Below the pieces are notes generated by a model. That model made no database searches. It was given only the letters and a program-made list of their open reading frames with translations, and was not told where the DNA came from. From Candidatus Acidiferrales bacterium (GTDB taxonomy: Bacteria > Acidobacteriota > Terriglobia > Acidiferrales > UBA7541): 64,000 nucleotides of DNA. A program made the position numbers and the translations under genes. The stretch lies in the NCBI GenBank assembly GCA_035307965.1, contig DATGHO010000038.1, positions 9,904-73,903 of the forward strand, written 5' to 3'. The stretch's first letter is position 1; the number at the start of each line of letters is the position of its first letter. Positions 29,007-37,132 of the stretch are shown here, piece by piece.

Positions 29007-29170
29007 CGCGGTCCTTAGGGTGGAGCAAAGTGAAACGCAGACGGCGGCAATTATGCCACGGTTAATGATAATCAGAAAATAAAATCGAATTTGCCGTATG
29101 CTGGCGGGCAATTGATTCGATGCGCTGCTGCGGTAAAGGTTTGCCCTGTGCGGGACGAGCGGGCTAGCAG

Positions 29171-29261
29171 AAATCCGAATGACGGGGCACATCAAAAGCC
29201 CCAGATCTTCGCGAAGGGCGCCGCGACAACGAGGGACGGGGACGCGAAGTCTTGCGCTATA
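29171..29261 (+). repeat. REP-like element (R1 3'-flank fragment plus R2 copy)
   Basis: The fragment aaatccgaatgac is followed by aaagccccagatcttcgc...gcgaagtcttgcgctata. The TAG stop of the DUF488 gene (29259-29257) lies inside the element. Confidence 0.7.
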
Positions 29262-29865
29262 CGGACTTTGCCGACGCGGTTTGGTGCGCGGCGCGCTTCC
29301 TGGCGTAGGCGCGAGTGGCGCGATTGGGCGGGTAGGTGACGCGTTTGCCGCGAACGCGGGCGAAAGGCGTGAGCTTGTGAAGATTGCGGCGCGCGGGGGT
29401 CATGATGTGCTCAACGGCATGGCCGCGAACGGTGAGCGCGTCGGCGATGAGCGAGCGATGGCAGCGCCACGGAACGGCCTCGGCGCACATGGTAGCGCAG
29501 AGCTTGGTTTTTGCTAATTTCTCCAGGCGGGCGAGGGCGGCGGCGAATTCGGGAGTTTGCATGTAATCGGCGAAGCCGCGAAAGCTGGAATTCTGCCAGC
29601 CAGTGTTGACGGAATCGGCGCGGGCGCGGCGGAGGCCGCCGAGTTTCGGCAGATGCGTGTAGGCGATGTGCGCGCGTCGCACGGAGGCCGCGAGGGCTTC
29701 GCGGTTGAATTGCGGATTGTGGCGCGAGCGCGGGATGGTGCGAACGTCAACGAGGCACTTGACGCCGTGGGATTTGAGCAGCGCTAGAAATTCGGCGATG
29801 GAATGATTGGAATGGCCGACGGTGAAGATGGGCGGCTTGGCGCGAGGGGCGCGTTTGCGAGTCAC
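29257..29865 (-). CDS. DUF488 family protein (long form)
   Basis: The motifs IFTVGHSN...FLALLK...LVDVR and CAEAVPWRCHRSLIAD are present. The GTG start overlaps the AlkA-like stop (GTGA). Confidence 0.8.
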   Translation of the reverse strand: MTRKRAPRAKPPIFTVGHSNHSIAEFLALLKSHGVKCLVDVRTIPRSRHNPQFNREALAASVRRAHIAYTHLPKLGGLRRARADSVNTGWQNSSFRGFADYMQTPEFAAALARLEKLAKTKLCATMCAEAVPWRCHRSLIADALTVRGHAVEHIMTPARRNLHKLTPFARVRGKRVTYPPNRATRAYARKRAAHQTASAKSV

Positions 29866-30878
29866 AGCAATCCCCGGCTGCGCAGCCCATCGAGCAGGAA
29901 ATGAAAATAGATGAGGCCGGCATAGTTTTTCCAGGGCGCGAGAAGTTTGCGCGTTTTGGCATAGTCGGGGCGAACGCGAAGGCGAAGGTGTTTCTGTAAA
30001 TTGTTCCAGCCGCCGACGTCGTCTCCCGGAAAAATATTGAGGCGGCCCATGCCGCGGAGAAGCGCGTATTCGGCGGACCAGCGGCCGATGCCGCGAATTG
30101 CGGTGAAACTTTCGAGGGCGGTTGCGTCGTCGAGTTCGCGGAATGATTCAAGATTCAACTCGCCGGAAGCGACTGTGCGGCTCAAGTCGAGAATGGCGCG
30201 CTCTTTGTTGCGGCTGTAGCCGAGCGCACGCAGGGAGCCAGTAGAAAGATTGGCGAGGTCCGCAGGGGAAGGGCAGGCCCGCGCTGGCGCGCCCGCATTC
30301 GCTGAGGGAGTTGCAGGGGCAGAGCGGCCGAAGCTCTGTACAAGACGGTTGAGGAGCATAATGCCGACGTTCAGGGAAACCTGCTGGCACGAGATGGCGT
30401 TGAGAAGAGCTTCAAAGATGGTGGGATAGCGGGGAGGTTTGAGTCCGGTGAAGTCAGCGATGAGCTCGCGCAGGGGTTTTTGACTGGCCGCGAACGAATA
30501 AAAGCCGCGAAGGTCGCTGGCGGCGCCGAGCATGCGTTCGAGGGTGGCGCGCAGATAATGATGTAGTTCACGTGTTGCATGAGGGACACGCGCGGTGACG
30601 CTCAGACACGGGCGCGCGACAGAACCGGTTTGCTCGACGGCGACTTCGGCGGTCAGGGCGCCGGTTTTTCCATCGAGCAGAAGTACGCGGCGATAAACAT
30701 GGCCGTCCCAGCGATCGAGGATGTTTTCGGGGCGGCGCCGTAAAGCCCAGACAGTGAGGTCCAGGCGAAAGGGCGGGAGCGGATGAATGGTAAATGAAAG
30801 CGATGGACGCGCAGCTGCGGACGCAACGCGACGAGGAGAAGAGCGTTTTGCTGAGAGATTTCGTGAGCCCTGTGGCAT
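29862..30878 (-). CDS. DNA-3-methyladenine glycosylase II family protein (AlkA-like, HhH-GPD)
   Basis: The HhH-GPD region is ...LRALGYSRNKERAILDL...IRGIGRWSAEYALLRGMGRLNIFPGDDVG. The start was set at the ATG at 30878. The 168-codon upstream extension in the track was rejected. Confidence 0.8.
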   Translation of the reverse strand: MPQGSRNLSAKRSSPRRVASAAARPSLSFTIHPLPPFRLDLTVWALRRRPENILDRWDGHVYRRVLLLDGKTGALTAEVAVEQTGSVARPCLSVTARVPHATRELHHYLRATLERMLGAASDLRGFYSFAASQKPLRELIADFTGLKPPRYPTIFEALLNAISCQQVSLNVGIMLLNRLVQSFGRSAPATPSANAGAPARACPSPADLANLSTGSLRALGYSRNKERAILDLSRTVASGELNLESFRELDDATALESFTAIRGIGRWSAEYALLRGMGRLNIFPGDDVGGWNNLQKHLRLRVRPDYAKTRKLLAPWKNYAGLIYFHFLLDGLRSRGLL

Positions 30879-30972
30879 GTTGTTATCATCTATCGTAAAT
30901 GCGGAAAGATGCAAACGTAGCCGGTGAGCGGCGGTGGCGGCGCCGCAAGTTTTCACAACGAAGGGAGTCACG

Positions 30973-31695
30973 GTGGGCACAATTCCAATGAAGCTGAAGC
31001 AGCGCAGGGAGATTGCCGAAGGAACGATGGGATTCTGGCTGGAGAAGCCTGCGGGATTTGAGTTTAAGGCCGGACAGGCGATGGAAGTGAAGCTGAATGA
31101 TCCACCGGAAACGGATGGGGAGGGGAATTCGCGGGCGTTCTCGATCGCTAGCGCGCCGCACGAGCCGGACATTATGTTCGCGACGCGCATGCGGGATACG
31201 GCGATGAAGCGCAGTTTGAAGAAAATCCCGCTGGGCACGGAATTGGAAGTCGATGGCCCATGGGGCGATCTGAAATTGCACAGCAGGGAGCAACGCCCGG
31301 CGGTGTTTCTTGCGGGAGGGATTGGCATTACGCCGTTCCGCAGCATGGCGCTGGACGCGGCGCAAAACAAATTGGCGCACAAAATCTGGCTCTTCTATTC
31401 CAATCGCCGTCCCGAGGATGCCGCTTTTCTCGACGATTTGATGCGCGCGGAAAAAGAGAATCCCAACTTCAAATTAGTTGCCACCATGACCGAGATGGAT
31501 AAATCGAAGCGGGAGTGGAAAGGGAAGCGCGGATTCGTCGACAAAGCGATGCTCTCGGAAGCAGTGGGTGACTTGAGCGCGCCGATTTTTTACATCGCCG
31601 GGCCGGCGGGCATGCTGAACGCCATGCGCAAGATGCTGCTCGATGCAGGTGTGAACGAGGATGATATTCGCGCCGAGGAGTTCGCCGGATATTAG
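30973..31695 (+). CDS. Ferredoxin-NADP reductase-type FAD/NAD(P)-binding oxidoreductase
   Basis: The FAD motif is RAFSIAS and the NAD(P) motif is FLAGGIGITPF. The start is uncertain (GTG 30973 after AAGGGAG, ATG 30988 or GTG 30934). Confidence 0.8.
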   Translation: MGTIPMKLKQRREIAEGTMGFWLEKPAGFEFKAGQAMEVKLNDPPETDGEGNSRAFSIASAPHEPDIMFATRMRDTAMKRSLKKIPLGTELEVDGPWGDLKLHSREQRPAVFLAGGIGITPFRSMALDAAQNKLAHKIWLFYSNRRPEDAAFLDDLMRAEKENPNFKLVATMTEMDKSKREWKGKRGFVDKAMLSEAVGDLSAPIFYIAGPAGMLNAMRKMLLDAGVNEDDIRAEEFAGY

Positions 31696-31696
31696 A
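31664..31696 (+). repeat. 33-bp direct repeat, copy 1 (3' end of the oxidoreductase CDS including its TAG)
   Basis: The sequence atattcgcgccgaggagttcgccggatattaga is identical to 32134..32166. Confidence 0.95.
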
Positions 31697-31709
31697 GTGA
31701 GGTCGGAAG

Positions 31710-32087
31710 CTATGCTTTGTATTCTCGCTGCCTGGCTTCGTCGAGTTGACCGAGAATTTCTCTTGCCCGGGGAAGGTCCGCTTTGAGAACCGAAACTGCA
31801 AAATGAATCAGCGGGCGGCGTTTCACAAATGCAGAGAAGATCGTGAACTTCGCGAGCATCAAGAACCAAGATGCGGGCTTCGTTTCGAGAGATTCCTTGC
31901 AACTCGAGGGGATGCCGGCAGATTCAAGCGCGGCGAGAATTTGTTCCAGATGTTTCCTCTCGCTGCCTTCCCATGCTGCGACTACAGGGATGGCAAGGGC
32001 TTCTTGTGAAGAGACCAGAGGGATTTGGCAACCACTGCACACTAACACTCCCTGGCGGTACTCCGCTTTGCAGAGTGGGCAGTACAT
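31710..32087 (-). CDS. Small zinc-ribbon plus DUF2007-like protein (125 aa)
   Basis: The N-terminus is MYCPLCKAEYRQGVLVCSGCQIPL (CxxC-x11-CxxC), followed by an alpha/beta domain with ...ESAGIPS... The start was set at the ATG at 32087. Confidence 0.65.
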   Translation of the reverse strand: MYCPLCKAEYRQGVLVCSGCQIPLVSSQEALAIPVVAAWEGSERKHLEQILAALESAGIPSSCKESLETKPASWFLMLAKFTIFSAFVKRRPLIHFAVSVLKADLPRAREILGQLDEARQREYKA

Positions 32088-32133
32088 GATGGAGTTAGAG
32101 TCTATCCGAAAATAACATGCCGAAGGGAAGCGA

Positions 32134-32166
32134 ATATTCGCGCCGAGGAGTTCGCCGGATATTAGA
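32134..32166 (+). repeat. 33-bp direct repeat, copy 2
   Basis: It is identical to 31664..31696. The spacing between copy starts is 470 bp. Confidence 0.95.
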
Positions 32167-32204
32167 ATGGGGAGCGGGCGGGCTAAGGCGCCAGTGGCAC
32201 AGAG

Positions 32205-32840
32205 TTGGAGAGGTGGATTTTGGCGGAGATTACGGCGCTGTTTTTCGATATTGGCGGGGTGCTGCTGACGAACGGCTGGGACCGCACCGAGCGCATGGCC
32301 GCGGCGAAGAAATTCAATCTCGAGTGGAACGATTTCGAGGAGCGGCACGAACTGGTGCTGCACGCTTTCGAAGTGGGCGACATGGAGCTCGAGGAATATC
32401 TGGACCGCGTGATTTTCTATTGCCGGCGCGATTTCACGCGGAAGGAATTCACGGATTTCATCAAGGCGCAGTCGCAGGCTTTGCCAGGAACATTGGATTT
32501 ACTCGCGCGCATCGCGGCGGGGCAACAATACCTGATCAGCTCGCTGAATAATGAATCGCGCGAGATGAACGCGTATCGTATCGAGACATTTCATTTGCGG
32601 GATTATTTCGATGTATTTTTGACTTCGTGCTATCTGGGCGTGCGCAAGCCGGACGCAGCGATTTATCAGGCGGCGTTGAGCATCACCCAGAGGAAAGGTG
32701 AAGAGTGCGTGTTCGTGGATGACCGCGCGTTGAATTTGGAATGCGCGCGGGAATTGGGGATGCGCACGATTCACTTCAAAGACGCCGCGCAACTCGAGAG
32801 AGAGCTGAAGGAACTGAAAGTGGCCATTGCGCCAGCGTAA
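32205..32840 (+). CDS. HAD-superfamily hydrolase (subfamily IA)
   Basis: Motif I is FFDIGGVLL. Later motifs include LNNESRE and VFVDDRALN. The start is uncertain (TTG 32205 or TTG 32220). Confidence 0.8.
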   Translation: MERWILAEITALFFDIGGVLLTNGWDRTERMAAAKKFNLEWNDFEERHELVLHAFEVGDMELEEYLDRVIFYCRRDFTRKEFTDFIKAQSQALPGTLDLLARIAAGQQYLISSLNNESREMNAYRIETFHLRDYFDVFLTSCYLGVRKPDAAIYQAALSITQRKGEECVFVDDRALNLECARELGMRTIHFKDAAQLERELKELKVAIAPA

Positions 32841-32843
32841 ACA

Positions 32844-32884
32844 AAAACCACAGGTCTTCAAAAGGCGAAATTCTGCGCTACAGA
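32844..32884 (+). repeat. Short variant of REP module R2
   Basis: The sequence aaaaaccacaggtcttcaaaaggcgaaattctgcgctaca shares the ...ttctgcgctaca end and the stem arms of R2. Confidence 0.5.
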
Positions 32885-32908
32885 AGTTGAGAAAGGGAGA
32901 CGGAGAAT

Positions 32909-34366
32909 ATGAGCGGGGAAATTGAGCCGCATCTGTTTGTGATATTCGGCGCGACCGGAGATTTAACGGGGCGGAAGATTTTGCCCTCGCTGAACGGGCT
33001 GATTGCGCGGAACGCGCTGGGGCCGAAGAGCGTGATCCTGGGCGTCGGCATGGAGACGCAGTACGACGATGAGAGCTTTCGCGCGAAATGCCGCGACGAT
33101 CTGGCGGGCCAGGGGATTCCGCAAGAGCAGATTGCGCAAACCGTTTCGGACAAGCGCATTTTCTATCAGACGATTGGCAAAGGAACGCCGGAGGATTACA
33201 AAAAGCTGGGCGAACGCATCGAGCAGATCGAAAAAGCAAACGAACTGCCGGGGAATCGCGTTTTTTATTTGGCGCTGCCGCCGAAAGTTTTCCCCATCGC
33301 GATTACGGCGCTGGGGCGCGCTGGGCTGAACAAAAGCAAGGGCTGGACGCGGCTGGTGATCGAGAAGCCGTTTGGGCGCGATTTGGAGTCGGCGCAAGAG
33401 CTCAACCGGGTGGCGCATGAGAATTTTGACGAGCAGCAGATCTACCGAATCGACCACTATTTGGGAAAAGAGACGGTGCAGAATTTGCTGGTGTTTCGAT
33501 TTGCGAATGCGCTATTCGAGCCGCAATGGAATCGCGACAGGATTGAAAGCGTGGAAATCACCGTGGCGGAATGCCTGGGCGTGGAGCACCGCGCGGCGTA
33601 TTACGAAACCGCGGGAGCGCTGCGGGACATGATACAAAATCATTTGACGCAACTGGCCACGCTGGCGGCGATGGAGGTGCCGGAGGCGTTCCGCTCAGAA
33701 TCGATCCGGCGCGAGAAAGTGAAAGTGCTGCATTCGGTGCTGCCTATTCGCATCGAGGACGTGGTGCTGGGGCAATACACAGCGGGAAAAATCGAGGGCA
33801 AGGATGTACCGGGCTATCGGGAAGAGGAGGGAGTCGCGAAGGATTCGCAGATAGAAACGTTCGTGGCGCTGCGGCTGGAAATCGAGAACTGGCGCTGGCA
33901 CGACGTGCCGTTTTTCCTGAGAACCGGGAAGCGGCTGGCGGCGCGTTCCAGTCAAATCGTGGTCAATTTCCGGCGGCCGCCGGTGTGGATTTTCAAGCCG
34001 TTCGATGGGAATACGATTCGCGCGAATTCGCTGGTGATTGCGATTCAGCCAGACGAAGGATTTGATTTGTATTTCGAAATCAAGTCGCCGGGGCAGGGCG
34101 TTAAAATTCAGACCAGCGATTTGCATTTCCGCTACTCGGAGGTGTTCCAGCCGCTGCCGGATGCGTACGAAACGCTGCTGCTGGATATTTTGGAAGGCGA
34201 TATGACGCTGTTTGTCAGCGATGATTGGGTGGAGGCTTCGTGGCGGTTGTACACGCCGCTGCTGAAAAATAAGCCGCGCGTGCTGCCATACGCGGCGGGA
34301 AGCTGGGGACCGGCGGAAGCGGACCAGTTGCTCAGCGATTTGGGGCGGACATGGCAGCAGGCATAA
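32909..34366 (+). CDS. zwf: Glucose-6-phosphate 1-dehydrogenase
   Basis: The motifs [10 protein letters not shown] and RIDHYLGKE are present. The protein is 485 aa. Confidence 0.95.
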   Translation: MSGEIEPHLFVIFGATGDLTGRKILPSLNGLIARNALGPKSVILGVGMETQYDDESFRAKCRDDLAGQGIPQEQIAQTVSDKRIFYQTIGKGTPEDYKKLGERIEQIEKANELPGNRVFYLALPPKVFPIAITALGRAGLNKSKGWTRLVIEKPFGRDLESAQELNRVAHENFDEQQIYRIDHYLGKETVQNLLVFRFANALFEPQWNRDRIESVEITVAECLGVEHRAAYYETAGALRDMIQNHLTQLATLAAMEVPEAFRSESIRREKVKVLHSVLPIRIEDVVLGQYTAGKIEGKDVPGYREEEGVAKDSQIETFVALRLEIENWRWHDVPFFLRTGKRLAARSSQIVVNFRRPPVWIFKPFDGNTIRANSLVIAIQPDEGFDLYFEIKSPGQGVKIQTSDLHFRYSEVFQPLPDAYETLLLDILEGDMTLFVSDDWVEASWRLYTPLLKNKPRVLPYAAGSWGPAEADQLLSDLGRTWQQA

Positions 34367-35109
34367 ATCACGCGGCGCGAGTGTATGCGGATTTGGACGC
34401 GTTGAGCCGCGCAGCTGTTGAAGAATGCGTTCGCGCAGCGAATCAGGCGGCCGGCGCGCGCGGGCGTTGTTTGATTGCCCTTTCCGGCGGGCACACGCCG
34501 GAGCGAGCGTACCGGCTGTGGGCGACGGAATATCGCGAGAAGATGCCGTGGGCGAAGACGCATTTCTTCTGGGGCGATGAGCGGTTTGTTCCGGCAGGCG
34601 ATGCGAAGAGCAATTATCGCATGGCGCAGGGAACGCTTTTCAACAGCGCGCCGGTGCCGGCGGAGAATATTCATCCAATAGAGACGAATTTTGCGACGGC
34701 GGATGATGCGGCACGGGCATACGAAAAAGTGCTGCGGAATTTCATCGACGAAGGCGAGCCGTCGTTTGACGTGATGTTCCTGGGCCTGGGGCCAGAGGGG
34801 CACACCGCGTCGCTTTTCCCGGGGTCTCCGGCGCTTGCAGAGGAAGAAAGATGGGTGGTGGGTGTGCGCGCGCCGGCGGAGCCTCCCGTGAGAATCAGCC
34901 TGACGTTTCCGGTGCTGCGGCGCGCGCGCGAGACGTATTTTCTGGTGGCGGGCGCGGACAAACAGGAAATCATCTCCAAGTTGCGGCGCGAATCGCCGGC
35001 GGAAATCGCGGATCTGCCGGTGGCAATGCTTAAGCCCGAGGGCGAAGTGATTTGGTTTTTGGACCAGGCGGCTGACGGCGCGCATTCACAGAAGAAAAGC
35101 GCCACTTAA
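34351..35109 (+). CDS. pgl: 6-phosphogluconolactonase
   Basis: The motifs LSGGHTP and FWGDERFVP...SNY are present. The gene overlaps the zwf end by 16 nt. Confidence 0.9.
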   Translation: MAAGINHAARVYADLDALSRAAVEECVRAANQAAGARGRCLIALSGGHTPERAYRLWATEYREKMPWAKTHFFWGDERFVPAGDAKSNYRMAQGTLFNSAPVPAENIHPIETNFATADDAARAYEKVLRNFIDEGEPSFDVMFLGLGPEGHTASLFPGSPALAEEERWVVGVRAPAEPPVRISLTFPVLRRARETYFLVAGADKQEIISKLRRESPAEIADLPVAMLKPEGEVIWFLDQAADGAHSQKKSAT

Positions 35110-35227
35110 TGCTGTGGCGCGCGTGGGGAACATAATCGGGCGAAATTGCATCTAAGAGATGGCCGATGCAGTCGAATCTATCCGCAGAATTGGTATTGGC
35201 GAGATGGCGGCGTCATGATATATAGGA

Positions 35228-35827
35228 GTGCAGCAAGGAATGAGCGAACAGAATAGCCCAAAACCCCCAAATTTTGCCGCCTCGATAGAGCAGCCACAAC
35301 CTTCTTCCTTTGGACGTGAATTAGCAATCTGGGGCCGCGACGCGGCCATCGCGGTGGGACTGGCCGTGCTCATCATTGTGTTTTTGTACCAGCCCGTACA
35401 GGTGCTGGGAACGAGCATGGCGCCGCTGTTGAGCGATCAGGAGCGGATTTTCATCAACAAATTTGTCTACCGCTTTGAGCCGATTCATCGCGGCGACGTG
35501 GTGGTTTTCTGGTATCCGCGGGATACTTCGCAGTCGTTCATCAAGCGCGTGATTGGATTGCCGGGAGACACAATTCAAATTAAGGCGGGCGAGCTTTACG
35601 TTAACGGCAAACACGTGCCGGAGCCGTATGTGCCGGCGAAATATTTCGATGATTCGAGCTATGGCCCGATTACCATTCCGGCGGACGAATATTTTGTGAT
35701 GGGAGATCACCGCGACAGCTCCAACGACTCGCGGATTTTTGGGCCGGTGGCGCGGAAGTATATTTACGGCAAGGCGGTGTTCGCGTACTGGCCGTTCCGG
35801 GAATTCGGCGAGATTTCCGCGCCGTGA
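35228..35827 (+). CDS. lepB: Signal peptidase I
   Basis: The motifs GTSMAPLL (Ser), KRVIGLPGD (Lys) and GDHRDSSNDSR are present. Confidence 0.9.
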   Translation: MQQGMSEQNSPKPPNFAASIEQPQPSSFGRELAIWGRDAAIAVGLAVLIIVFLYQPVQVLGTSMAPLLSDQERIFINKFVYRFEPIHRGDVVVFWYPRDTSQSFIKRVIGLPGDTIQIKAGELYVNGKHVPEPYVPAKYFDDSSYGPITIPADEYFVMGDHRDSSNDSRIFGPVARKYIYGKAVFAYWPFREFGEISAP

Positions 35828-35893
35828 GTTGGCAAATTCGCCGCCGAAATGAGCAGCAGAACTGGTATAAGATGAGCCGCAACGGAGGACACA

Positions 35894-37114
35894 CTGCAGC
35901 AGCCGCACGAGGGCAGCGCGATACTAGCGCTGGAAGACGGAAGAGTATTTAAGGGGCGCGCGGCGGGCGCCCGTGGCCGCCGTGGCGGCGAAGTCGTTTT
36001 TAATACCAGCCTTACCGGTTACCAGGAAGTTTTCACCGATCCCAGTTATGCAGGCCAGATTGTCTGCCTGACGTATCCCCACATAGGAAATGTTGGCGCG
36101 AACCTCGAGGATGAGGAATCAGCGCATCCGCACATCGAAGGGCTGATTGTGCGCGAATTTGCGCATGTTTCATCGAATTGGCGCGCCAGGGAAACGGCGG
36201 ATGCTTATCTGGAGCGCTACAAGATTCCGGTGATTTGGGACATTGACACGCGCGCGCTGGTGCGGCATTTGCGAATGGCGGGCGCGCTGCGCGGAATTGT
36301 GGCCACAGACGGGAGCGCCGCGGAAAAACTGGTGGAAGAGGCGCGGGCGCTGCCTTCGATGGCGGGACGCGAGCTGGCGAGCGCAGTGACGTGCGCGAAG
36401 GAATATCGCTGGGAGCGCGGATCGATTCCGCTGGCGTCGAGTTTTGCGGCGCATGCGGCGGCGAGCGCAGGCGGCGCCGGACCGCTCTGGCAGGCAGCCG
36501 CAGCGGCGATGGCAAAAAGGGAAGCGGATCCTGGCGTGCGACGCCACAAAGTGGTGGCGTACGATTTTGGGATTAAGCAGAACATTCTGCGGCAACTCGT
36601 GGACCACGGCTGCGATGTGACGGTTGTTCCCGCGGCGACACATGCGGAAGATGTGCTGGCGATGAAGCCGGACGGAGTTTTTCTGTCGAATGGGCCGGGC
36701 GATCCGGAGCCGGTGACGTTCGCGGTGCAAAATATTCGCAGGCTTATGGGGCGCGTGCCGATTTTTGGGATTTGCCTTGGGCATCAGTTGTGCGGACTGG
36801 CGCTCGGCGGAAAGACGTTCAAGCTGAAGTTCGGGCATCACGGATCGAATCATCCGGTTAAGAATTTGCTGAGCGAAAAAGTGGAAATCACCGCGCAGAA
36901 TCACGGTTTTTGCGTGGATCCGGATTCGCTGCCGTCCAGCGAAGTGGAAATTACGCACGTGAATTTGAACGACCACACAAACGAGGGCATGCGGCACAGG
37001 AATTTGCCGATGTTCAGCGTGCAGTATCACCCAGAGGCGTCGCCCGGCCCGCACGACGCCCGCTATTTGTTCGCCCAGTTCACGAAGATGATGGAGGCGA
37101 CTAGGGCTAAGTGA
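35894..37114 (+). CDS. carA: Carbamoyl-phosphate synthase small (glutaminase) subunit; start codon unresolved (CTG 35894 proposed)
   Basis: The conserved N-terminus [12 protein letters not shown]...[37 protein letters not shown] lies upstream of the first canonical start (GTG 36149). GGAGGA lies 4 nt before the CTG at 35894. The GATase motifs GICLGHQ and HPE are present. Confidence 0.85.
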   Translation: MQQPHEGSAILALEDGRVFKGRAAGARGRRGGEVVFNTSLTGYQEVFTDPSYAGQIVCLTYPHIGNVGANLEDEESAHPHIEGLIVREFAHVSSNWRARETADAYLERYKIPVIWDIDTRALVRHLRMAGALRGIVATDGSAAEKLVEEARALPSMAGRELASAVTCAKEYRWERGSIPLASSFAAHAAASAGGAGPLWQAAAAAMAKREADPGVRRHKVVAYDFGIKQNILRQLVDHGCDVTVVPAATHAEDVLAMKPDGVFLSNGPGDPEPVTFAVQNIRRLMGRVPIFGICLGHQLCGLALGGKTFKLKFGHHGSNHPVKNLLSEKVEITAQNHGFCVDPDSLPSSEVEITHVNLNDHTNEGMRHRNLPMFSVQYHPEASPGPHDARYLFAQFTKMMEATRAK

Positions 37115-37132
37115 CGAGAGCACGTCGACGAT

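Noticed and set aside
29862-31382. The 506-aa version of the AlkA-like ORF, and similarly the long N-terminal extensions of 27447..29195, 26707..27363 and 31710..32363.
   Set aside because: The extensions are not protein-like. They run through REP elements or the 33-bp duplication, or they lie antisense to the neighbouring gene. Internal ATG starts with SD-like sequences give family-typical N-termini.
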